A stretch of DNA of 64,000 bases, taken from NCBI GenBank assembly GCA_045546895.1, contig JAZQDS010000040.1:9396-73395 (forward strand). The letters run 5' to 3'. Under the pieces are notes generated by a model that was not told the origin of the DNA, searched no databases, and saw only the letters and a program-made list of their open reading frames with translations. Of this stretch, positions 26,910 through 34,621 are shown one piece after another. The stretch is from Eubacteriales bacterium (GTDB taxonomy: Bacteria; Bacillota; Clostridia; Oscillospirales; QAKW01). The position numbers and the translations under genes were made by a program. How positions within the stretch are numbered: the first letter of the stretch is position 1; each line of letters begins with the position of its first letter.

Positions 26910-28201
26910 TGAAAACAACCACATTCGAAAATAAAACAATTGGCGAAAGCTATGAAAAAATCATTCATCCCAGCGGATTGACGGTCTATTTTATGAGAAA
27001 AGAGGGAAAGACCAAAAAGGCTGCGATGATAGCTGCTAAATTCGGCTCCATTAATTATACCTTTAAGAGAAAAGATGGGATGCAGGTAACCGTTCCAAAC
27101 GGTACGGCGCACTTTTTGGAGCATAAACTTTTCGAGGGCGAGAATGGAAATGCATTTGATTTTTATGCCAAAACAGGTGCTAAAGCCAATGCCTATACTT
27201 CCTTTGATAAAACAGCTTATTATTATATTTGCAGCGATCGTTTTTATGAAAACCTCGATGTTTTGCTTTCCTTTGTGACGCACCCCTTTTTGACAGTAGA
27301 GAATGTTGAAAAAGAAAAAGGGATTATTGCGCAGGAAATCAGAATGTATGAGGACGAGCCCGGCTGGCAAGGATATTTCACAATGGTTCAGGGGCTTTAT
27401 CAAAATCATCCTATTCGAAGAGATATTGCCGGAACAGTTGAAGATATTTATTCGCTGAATCCGGAAATTCTTATGGATTGCTATAACACCTTTTATCATC
27501 CGAGCAATCTTGTTATGGCAATCGCCGGCGATGTTTCACGGGAGGAGGTCTTCAAGGCGATTGATCGCTATTTCCCCGGAAAAGAATTGCTGACCTTTGA
27601 GAAGATGCCGATTGAGGAGCCTCGCGAGGCGGGGTGTTCCTATACCGAAAAAGAAATGCTCGTTTCTAAGCCGATTTTTCATCTTGGCTTTAAGGATAGC
27701 GAAACGGATGTTTCCGGTTTTGCTCTTTCGAAAAAAGAAATGGAAATTGAGATCCTTTTAGAGTATTTATTCGGCAAATCCTCGCTGTTTTATAAAGAAC
27801 TTTATGAAAGCGGCTTGATCAATAACGAATTTGATTGCTGGTATGATTTAAATGATTATTGCTCCTTCTGCGTTATCAGCGGTGAGAGCGATCAGCCGAA
27901 AAAGGTAAGAGAGGCTGCGGAAAAGCACATTATGAATTTGCTGGAAAACGGCGTTGATGAAGACCATTTTAAAGAAATTCGAAATGGCCTATACGGCGCA
28001 TTGGTGATGGAAACGGATCATGCGTATGAGATGGCAAATCGTTTCATCGGCAATTATTTGAATGGTGCGGAAACCTTTGATGCCATTGATGCATTGCAGG
28101 AAATTACAGCCGCAGATATTGCCGCGCGCGCAAAAACTGTTTTTGCGGCGGAATGTAGTTGTCTTTCTGTTATCAACCCGATCAAGGAGGAAAAAGAATG
28201 A
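26906..28201 (+). CDS. M16-family zinc peptidase, catalytic subunit
   Basis: Inverted zinc motif GTAHFLEHKLFEG (HxxEH). 431 aa. Confidence 0.85.
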   Translation: MMKTTTFENKTIGESYEKIIHPSGLTVYFMRKEGKTKKAAMIAAKFGSINYTFKRKDGMQVTVPNGTAHFLEHKLFEGENGNAFDFYAKTGAKANAYTSFDKTAYYYICSDRFYENLDVLLSFVTHPFLTVENVEKEKGIIAQEIRMYEDEPGWQGYFTMVQGLYQNHPIRRDIAGTVEDIYSLNPEILMDCYNTFYHPSNLVMAIAGDVSREEVFKAIDRYFPGKELLTFEKMPIEEPREAGCSYTEKEMLVSKPIFHLGFKDSETDVSGFALSKKEMEIEILLEYLFGKSSLFYKELYESGLINNEFDCWYDLNDYCSFCVISGESDQPKKVREAAEKHIMNLLENGVDEDHFKEIRNGLYGALVMETDHAYEMANRFIGNYLNGAETFDAIDALQEITAADIAARAKTVFAAECSCLSVINPIKEEKE

Positions 28202-29145
28202 ATTATAATACCGTTTCATTTCCGGGACTCGGAATCGGCGAATTTACAATAAATCCGACAGCAATTCGGTTTTCGGATCATTTTACGATCGAATGGTATG
28301 CAATTATAATTTGCATCGCAATACTGTGCGCATATTTTTGCTGCGACCGTTTGGCAAAGCGTTTTTCCATTAAGGGGGAAGACATCCTTGATGTTTTGCT
28401 TTTTAGCTTGCCGATCGGCTTTATTGGCGCCCGTGTATGGTACATACTTGGTGATTTGCAAAGCTTTGATTCCTTTATGGATATGATCAGCGTATGGAAT
28501 GGCGGACTGGCCATTTACGGCGGAATTATTTTTAGTGTTGCAACCGCTTATTTTGTATGCCGCTATAAGAAGATCTCTTTTGCTAATATGGCGGATCTCG
28601 GGGCAATCGGTTTTATGATCGGGCAAATGATCGGAAGATGGGGGAATTTTGCCAATGTTGAGGTTTTCGGTGTTCATACCGAGCTTCCTTGGCGGATGGG
28701 CGTTGGTGTTGACTGCATTGCAGAATATGTTCATCCGTTGTTCCTCTACGAATCTCTTTGGAATTTGATCGGGCTTCTTGCCGTTCTTGCCTATATGGAT
28801 TCTCGTAAGTTTAAGGGTGAGCTGTTTTTGCTTTATTGCGGATGGTATGGAATCGGCCGCGCATGGATGGAAAGCTTGCGTGATACCAGCTATAATCTCC
28901 ATCTTTTTGGCCTGCGCATTAATTTGGTGCTGGCAATTGCTATTGCTGTAATTGCAATTGGTCTTTTGATCTTTTTGCATATCAAAAAGCCCTCCCGACT
29001 TTTGAGGGAAAAGGCTGCAGAAAAGATGGAAGCAGCGGATGCCTATCAGCCGCAATTTGATTATGTTGAGGAAGACGAATTGGCCGAAGAAGAGGCTTCT
29101 TCGGAGATAAATGATGAGGAGATCAAAGATGGCGAAGATTATTGA
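28198..29145 (+). CDS. lgt: Prolipoprotein diacylglyceryl transferase
   Basis: Start at [12 protein letters not shown] (ATGA overlap with the upstream stop). [10 protein letters not shown] and [10 protein letters not shown] motifs are present, followed by an acidic C-terminal tail. Confidence 0.9.
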   Translation: MNYNTVSFPGLGIGEFTINPTAIRFSDHFTIEWYAIIICIAILCAYFCCDRLAKRFSIKGEDILDVLLFSLPIGFIGARVWYILGDLQSFDSFMDMISVWNGGLAIYGGIIFSVATAYFVCRYKKISFANMADLGAIGFMIGQMIGRWGNFANVEVFGVHTELPWRMGVGVDCIAEYVHPLFLYESLWNLIGLLAVLAYMDSRKFKGELFLLYCGWYGIGRAWMESLRDTSYNLHLFGLRINLVLAIAIAVIAIGLLIFLHIKKPSRLLREKAAEKMEAADAYQPQFDYVEEDELAEEEASSEINDEEIKDGEDY

Positions 29146-29983
29146 TGGTAAAGTAATTGCGCAAGCGGTGCGCATGGAAATTGCAAGGGAAACGCAAAAA
29201 TTGATTGCCGAGGGGACAACCCCCGGCCTTGCTGTTATCATTGTTGGGGAAGACAGCGCCTCCAAAGTATATGTACGTAATAAGATTAAGGGCTGCGCAG
29301 AGGTCGGTTTTTATTCCGAAAATTATGAGCTTCCTGTTGAAACAAGCGAAAAAGAGCTGTTGGCTTTAATTGAGAAACTGAATGCTGATGATAAAATCCA
29401 TGGCATTTTGGTTCAGCTTCCGTTGCCGAAGCATTTGGATGAAAGTAAGGTGATTGAAGCGATTGATCCCCGCAAGGATGTGGATGCTTTTCATATACAA
29501 AATGTTGGAAAAATTATGCTGGGCCAATATGACTTCTTGCCCTGCACTCCTGCGGGCGTTATGAAATTGCTGGAATTCAGCAATATTGATGTTGCGGGAA
29601 AGGATTGCGTTGTTATTGGGCGAAGCAATATTGTTGGCAAGCCGCAGGCAATGCTCTTGCTTCATGCTAACGGAACCGTTCAGATCTGCCACTCCAAAAC
29701 AAAAGATCTGGCGGCAAAAACGTCTGCAGCTGATATTCTTGTTGTTGCAATCGGGCGGGCAAAATTTGTTACCGCCGATATGATTAAGCCGGGCGCTGTG
29801 GTAATTGATGTTGGAATGAATCGCGATGAGAACGGAAAGCTTTGCGGCGATGTTGATTTTGATGGTTGCTTTGAGAAGGCGGGATATATTACCCCTGTTC
29901 CCGGCGGGGTGGGGCCGATGACCATTACGATGTTGCTGCAAAATACCCTTACCGCAGCAAAAAAATATAAGGAGCAGAAATAA
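29129..29983 (+). CDS. folD: Bifunctional methylenetetrahydrofolate dehydrogenase/cyclohydrolase
   Basis: [12 protein letters not shown].., [19 protein letters not shown] and [10 protein letters not shown] motifs. Start set at 29129, overlapping the lgt 3' end. Confidence 0.95.
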   Translation: MAKIIDGKVIAQAVRMEIARETQKLIAEGTTPGLAVIIVGEDSASKVYVRNKIKGCAEVGFYSENYELPVETSEKELLALIEKLNADDKIHGILVQLPLPKHLDESKVIEAIDPRKDVDAFHIQNVGKIMLGQYDFLPCTPAGVMKLLEFSNIDVAGKDCVVIGRSNIVGKPQAMLLLHANGTVQICHSKTKDLAAKTSAADILVVAIGRAKFVTADMIKPGAVVIDVGMNRDENGKLCGDVDFDGCFEKAGYITPVPGGVGPMTITMLLQNTLTAAKKYKEQK

Positions 29984-29985
29984 GA

Positions 29986-30699
29986 ATGAATGTAATTTCA
30001 TTTATAACAAATAATCTTGGTGTTATTGCCTGCTCGCTTTTGCTTGGATTAATTGTGCCGGTTGGTGTTATAGTTGGTTTGATCTTTTCTCCTAAAAGAA
30101 AAGATGTTCCGTTTGTTGCGGCAGTATATGGCTTTGTCGTTTTCCTCGGCTCTCTTTTTGCTGTGGCCATTCTTTCGCTGTTAATTGCGCAAACCTTCCT
30201 GCCTTCGGTTACCTTGAATGCGGAAGGGGATGCGGATCGTTATATCTTTATCGGCGGCGGAATTGTTCTGAGCCTTTTCTATCTTTGCGCCGAGGGGGCA
30301 AAGCTCTTTATTTTCAGGCATTTAATGCGCGGTGAAAGAAATGCGTTGGTGGGGCTGCCTTATGGATGCGGTTTTATCTTTGCCCAAAATCTTTTGATAT
30401 TTGGCCTGATTTATGCGCAGGATATGGATCTTTCCCAAGCGCTTGCCTTTGGTATATTGATGCTGCTCAGCGGAATTATTTATATCTTAATTTCTTTGAT
30501 CGGTTATCAATTGATGGCGGATCGTTTCCGCTATATCGGTGCGGCGCTGGCATTAAGCTATTATTTGATGTTTGCGGTTATGCTCATCATTGCAAATGTA
30601 TATGTAACTTATAGCTTTATTGCGGTTGTATTGCTCTTTAATCTTATTATGGGCTATGCCTTGCTGCCCTTGAAATTCAAAAGGAGAAAAGCAGAATGA
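29986..30699 (+). CDS. Hypothetical polytopic membrane protein
   Basis: 237 aa with about 7 hydrophobic segments. No motif I can assign with confidence. Confidence 0.55.
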   Translation: MNVISFITNNLGVIACSLLLGLIVPVGVIVGLIFSPKRKDVPFVAAVYGFVVFLGSLFAVAILSLLIAQTFLPSVTLNAEGDADRYIFIGGGIVLSLFYLCAEGAKLFIFRHLMRGERNALVGLPYGCGFIFAQNLLIFGLIYAQDMDLSQALAFGILMLLSGIIYILISLIGYQLMADRFRYIGAALALSYYLMFAVMLIIANVYVTYSFIAVVLLFNLIMGYALLPLKFKRRKAE

Positions 30700-31490
30700 T
30701 CGGGATTTATTTATCTTATTTTTTTGCTGTTGCAATTGCGATATGTGCAATCATTATAGGCGTGACGTTCTTTAAAAAGCGGCTTCAAAGCAAGCTACAT
30801 TGGGGCGGATTTGCAATCGGCGTTGTTGCTTCCGTATTTTATGTTTTGCTGATTATGCTGCTTTATCGGGTTACATTTTCAAAAGAAGCCTATTTTAATA
30901 CGGTTGGCTTTAAAACAATTGTGGGGTTCGTTTATATCGCTCTTCTTGCAGCGATTCGTATGATTATTTTACGTATGGCGGCGTTTAATCGCTATAAGGA
31001 AGAGCAGGGACTCTCTTTTTGCTTTGGCCTTGGGGCGGCGCCGCTGGGCTTCCTCGCGATTTATTCCATTTTTATGTTTTGTTGCATTGCTTGGAATTCG
31101 ATTGTTCATCCGCCTTGCGTTATTGAAGCGGAGGGTTTTCTTTCCTTTGCGGATAATACGATTATCAGCATATTTCAGCCGATAATCGGCCATATCTCTT
31201 ATGCGATTTTGTTTGTCGCGCTGGCGGCAATTGTTGTTGCTTTCGGCTATCTGCTGAATATCATTGCAACGCGCCGCATTAAACCCTTGATTTCTGTAAT
31301 TTGGTTTATTGCAGTTGCTTTGCTGGAAGCGGGGGCATTATTGCCGGTATTTCTCGGCGCAATGTATCGTCTTAATCATTGGCAACCCGCTTTAATTGCC
31401 GTGATTAATGCGGTAATTGCTGTTTTAATGGTGCGCTTTATCCCGCTGCAGAAGGAAGAGCAAGAAGAATATATCAAGCAATTCGAATAA
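30696..31490 (+). CDS. Hypothetical polytopic membrane protein
   Basis: 264 aa with about 7-8 hydrophobic segments. ATGA overlap with the previous membrane protein. Confidence 0.55.
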   Translation: MIGIYLSYFFAVAIAICAIIIGVTFFKKRLQSKLHWGGFAIGVVASVFYVLLIMLLYRVTFSKEAYFNTVGFKTIVGFVYIALLAAIRMIILRMAAFNRYKEEQGLSFCFGLGAAPLGFLAIYSIFMFCCIAWNSIVHPPCVIEAEGFLSFADNTIISIFQPIIGHISYAILFVALAAIVVAFGYLLNIIATRRIKPLISVIWFIAVALLEAGALLPVFLGAMYRLNHWQPALIAVINAVIAVLMVRFIPLQKEEQEEYIKQFE

Positions 31491-32067
31491 TTTCGGGTAA
31501 AGCGCCGGAAAAGGTGATTCCATCCTCGTTCAGCGTTATTTGCTTATACGGAACTTCCAATAATTGATTTAGCGCACTGTATTCTTCGATATAATCAGAG
31601 GTTATTCCTGCGGGAATGGAGATATCGGAGATTTTAATGGTATCGGCGATGAAGCATCCGTTGCCGCTTTCGCTTTCGCCGATATGCCCTAATACCTCAA
31701 TCGTATTCCCCTCCAATGCCTCCAAAAAAGCGGAATAGGGGCGTAAAGGACGGCAAAGGGCAACAAGTCTTTGAGCATCTTTTAAATCGGCTGTAATGCA
31801 GTAACTGCCTTCTCCGCAGCCGCGAAAATGAATATTCTCAGCGAATTCATAAGGATTGAGCGTGTTTTCGATTAATTGGCCGAATGATTCATTGCTGAAA
31901 TAACCGCTGCGAGCTTCCGCTTTTGGTGCGTTGCTTTTAGTGGTTTCATTTTCGGAGATGGAATTCGGATTTAAAAAGCTTAATATCATGAATCCGGATG
32001 CTAATATAAACGCAGTTAAAAAGAATGCGGTCCATTTGATTTTATAATATGATGATGGGTATTTCAT
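31474..32067 (-). CDS. Hypothetical membrane-anchored protein
   Basis: 197 aa with a single N-terminal TM (WTAFFLTAFILASGFMILSF) and no recognisable domain. Its 3' end overlaps the convergent gene by 17 nt. Confidence 0.45.
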   Translation of the reverse strand: MKYPSSYYKIKWTAFFLTAFILASGFMILSFLNPNSISENETTKSNAPKAEARSGYFSNESFGQLIENTLNPYEFAENIHFRGCGEGSYCITADLKDAQRLVALCRPLRPYSAFLEALEGNTIEVLGHIGESESGNGCFIADTIKISDISIPAGITSDYIEEYSALNQLLEVPYKQITLNEDGITFSGALPEIIRIA

Positions 32068-32089
32068 ATAATGCCTTTCTGATAAGGAG

Positions 32090-33121
32090 ATGTTTGATTT
32101 GAAAAGATTTCATTTATTTTTGCTGGTTCTCTTCATTGTTTTGATTGCGATTGGCTCGATCTTTGCAATTCATTTTATTGGCGGATTCAATGAGCCAAAG
32201 GAGGATCCGAAGCCGCAAAGCCAAGAGGTTCAGCCTGAATCTGATGATCCTCAAGTTGAAAATGCGCAGGATGAAAATGATCCGGAGCCCGAAAGTAATG
32301 ATGAGCCCGAGAGACCCGAAACTCCCGAGCAAGAGGATACCAATAATCATCAAGATGAAACGGAACAGAGTGACAACTCTCTTGAAGAGGATGAAATTGA
32401 TTCAAGACCAAATTCAGAGGATTCTAATCAAAGCTCTTCCGGAAGCGTAAATGCGCCTATTGGGCTGCAGGGCGGCAAACTGAACCCCAACCCCAAAACA
32501 AAGGCAGAAATAGAAAAGGTCTTGAATGATCCTTATATGATGCTTGTTAATCGTGATCGTAGGCTTGATTCCGATTTTAAACCGGCCAATTTGGTTGATT
32601 TTAAGGGGTATCAATTGAATCAAACCTGCGCCGGCGCCCTGAGAAAATTGATGAACGCGGGAAAAGATGCGGGCTACACTTATACTATGTACTCCGGCTA
32701 CCGTACTTATTCTACGCAATACAATAAATACTATAATAAAATTGATTATTATAAAAATCAGGGCTATTCCGAGGAAAAAGCGATTCAACTTACGGATCAA
32801 TATTATGCTCCGCCGGGTGGAAGCGAGCATCATACCGGCCTGGCGGCAGATGTTTGTATTTCTTCTATTGTAAACAAATACGCTTGTTTGCATGAGAACT
32901 ATGATGCCACCGAAGAATTTGAGTGGTTTTCCGAAAATGCCCATAAATTTGGCTTTATTTTGCGCTATCCGAAAGGAAAGGAATCGATCACCGGCTATAA
33001 TTATGAGCCTTGGCATTATCGCTATGTCGGCGTTGATGTTGCAACATGGATCTATAATAATAACCTAACCTTTGAAGAATATATCGAAACCCTTGAAGCG
33101 CGTTTGGACGCTCTTTCTTGA
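32090..33121 (+). CDS. D-alanyl-D-alanine carboxypeptidase, VanY/M15B family, with N-terminal TM and an acidic disordered linker
   Basis: C-terminal motifs SEHHTGLAADV and YEPWHYRYVG (VanY zinc peptidase). N-terminal TM. Residues about 35-118 form a D/E/P/Q/S-rich linker. Confidence 0.85.
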   Translation: MFDLKRFHLFLLVLFIVLIAIGSIFAIHFIGGFNEPKEDPKPQSQEVQPESDDPQVENAQDENDPEPESNDEPERPETPEQEDTNNHQDETEQSDNSLEEDEIDSRPNSEDSNQSSSGSVNAPIGLQGGKLNPNPKTKAEIEKVLNDPYMMLVNRDRRLDSDFKPANLVDFKGYQLNQTCAGALRKLMNAGKDAGYTYTMYSGYRTYSTQYNKYYNKIDYYKNQGYSEEKAIQLTDQYYAPPGGSEHHTGLAADVCISSIVNKYACLHENYDATEEFEWFSENAHKFGFILRYPKGKESITGYNYEPWHYRYVGVDVATWIYNNNLTFEEYIETLEARLDALS

Positions 33122-33134
33122 ATATGATCGGTTT

Positions 33135-33168
33135 GCCGCTGCAACGATATCGTTGCAGCGGCTTTTTT
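33135..33168 (+). terminator. Intrinsic terminator after the VanY-like gene
   Basis: GCCGCTGCAACGA-ta-TCGTTGCAGCGGC followed by TTTTTT. Confidence 0.8.
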
Positions 33169-33218
33169 ATGGGTATAATCAATTTATATATCGTAAAAAA
33201 TAAGTCTGAGGTGATTCA

Positions 33219-33896
33219 ATGGGTATTAGTGTTTTGCGATGTATTATTCTATATATTTTTGTTGTCATTTCTGTACGAGTAATGGGGAAACGGCAGGTGG
33301 GGGAGCTGCAACCCTCGGAGTTTGTTATAACCATTATGATTTCCGAGCTTGCAGCGCTTCCTTTGCAGGATCTAAATATGCCCCTTTTATGGGGGATAAC
33401 GCCGATGTTCGTTGTTGTTGCTTTAGAATTGCTGATGTCTTTTTTTACAATGAAATCCATGCGTTTTCGGGCATTTTGCTATGGCAGACCTGTATTATTG
33501 ATTTATCAGGGAAAGATCGATCAAAAGGCATTATTAAGTTCAAGAGTTTCAATGGAGGATATTATGGAATCTATGCGGGATAAAGGATTATTGCGCGTTG
33601 AGGATATTCAGATTGCGGTATTGGAAACCAATGGTGTTGTTTCGATTATTCCAAAGCCGTATGCGGCGCCACCTTCCGCTAAAGACTTGAAAATGAAGCT
33701 GAAAGAAGCGGGAGGAATTCCTGAAATCGTAGTAATGGAGGGGAGTCTGATTCGAAAAAATATGAAGAAAAAATGCGTTGAGGAAACGGACATTAACGAT
33801 ATATTGAGCGGCTATCAAATTGACATCAAGGATGTATTCATGCTAACGATTGATGATGAGAAAAAAACTTTTTTAGTGCGGCGGGAGGGTATATGA
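33219..33896 (+). CDS. DUF421 (YetF-family) membrane protein
   Basis: ILYIFVVISVRVMGKRQVGELQPSEFVITIMISELA is the typical YetF/DUF421 N-terminus. Confidence 0.8.
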   Translation: MGISVLRCIILYIFVVISVRVMGKRQVGELQPSEFVITIMISELAALPLQDLNMPLLWGITPMFVVVALELLMSFFTMKSMRFRAFCYGRPVLLIYQGKIDQKALLSSRVSMEDIMESMRDKGLLRVEDIQIAVLETNGVVSIIPKPYAAPPSAKDLKMKLKEAGGIPEIVVMEGSLIRKNMKKKCVEETDINDILSGYQIDIKDVFMLTIDDEKKTFLVRREGI

Positions 33897-34279
33897 AAAG
33901 AATGGTTATACCGTTAATTATTATTATTGCATTGGTGGGTTTTATTGTTGCAGCCGATTTATGGTTTATTACCTCCTATGCCTCCGGCATGACCGAGCGG
34001 CTCGATGCTTTATCACAGGCACAGCCCGGCGAGCAAGCAGAGCAATGCCGAGAGATCATCCATTTTCATTTTGATAAAAAATTTTGGGTTCGCCGATTTA
34101 TTCCATCTGCTCGTTTGGATGAAATTGAAATGCTGCTGCATAAGCTGGATGCTTATGTTGAAGAGGGGGATCAAAATGAAATCGGAGCAACAACTGCAGA
34201 GGTTCGCGCAAGGGTGAATCGATTATTTTCGACCTTTCTTTATCATTGGTACCATCCTGAAGGGTATCGCATAAAATAG
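33893..34279 (+). CDS. DUF4363-like small membrane-anchored protein
   Basis: 128 aa with an N-terminal TM. ATGA overlap with the DUF421 gene. As far as I recall, DUF421-DUF4363 pairing is common in Firmicutes. Confidence 0.6.
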   Translation: MKRMVIPLIIIIALVGFIVAADLWFITSYASGMTERLDALSQAQPGEQAEQCREIIHFHFDKKFWVRRFIPSARLDEIEMLLHKLDAYVEEGDQNEIGATTAEVRARVNRLFSTFLYHWYHPEGYRIK

Positions 34280-34313
34280 GTTGAAGAGTATCGCGGAAGA
34301 GGAGGCGCGCCAA

Positions 34314-34469
34314 TTGAAAAAGAATTCATTGCTGAAATTAATCGGATGTATCTCTGCTGCAATCGCCTTTGGAATATTGATCCAAATCTTTCTTCCTGAT
34401 ATTCTGATTATTGCAATTTGCAGCGTCCTTGTCTTGATCATGGGGGTTGTAATTGCAAAATTTACATAA
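34314..34469 (+). CDS. Possible 51-aa two-TM small membrane protein
   Basis: TTG start preceded at 8 nt by GAGGAGG. Sequence (M)KKNSLLKLIGCISAAIAFGILIQIFLPDILIIAICSVLVLIMGVVIAKFT. No homology recognised. The ORF-track start at 34281 has no RBS. Confidence 0.35.
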   Translation: MKKNSLLKLIGCISAAIAFGILIQIFLPDILIIAICSVLVLIMGVVIAKFT

Positions 34470-34480
34470 GGAGTGGTAGT

Positions 34481-34561
34481 ATGCAAGTTGTTATTGTAAG
34501 CCCGCCGAAGTTTTTGCGCGGAATATTAAAGCGTATGTTTGGCATTCGAAGCAATAATTGA
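34481..34561 (+). CDS. spoVM: Stage V sporulation protein M (26 aa; below the ORF-track cutoff)
   Basis: AAGGAGTGG RBS, then MQVVIVSPPKFLRGILKRMFGIRSNN*. It has the same length and the core xxxPKFLxGIxxxMxG of B. subtilis SpoVM (MKFYTIKLPKFLGGIVRAMLGSFRKD, from memory). Confidence 0.8.
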   Translation: MQVVIVSPPKFLRGILKRMFGIRSNN

Positions 34562-34621
34562 TTTGGAATAATGGAGGGTCTCGGCTCATATATATTATAA
34601 AAAACAAAGGAGCCGAGGACT

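Noticed and set aside
28216-29265. 349-aa ORF on the minus strand
   Set aside because: It is antisense to lgt and the folD 5' end, both of which have clear family motifs. It has no motif or RBS of its own.
34588-34609. Sigma-E/sigma-K-type promoter in the AT-rich loop upstream of the SipL-like gene (CATATATAT)
   Set aside because: The sequence does not fit CATACAnT or CATAnnnTA cleanly. No convincing -35 element sits at the right spacing.
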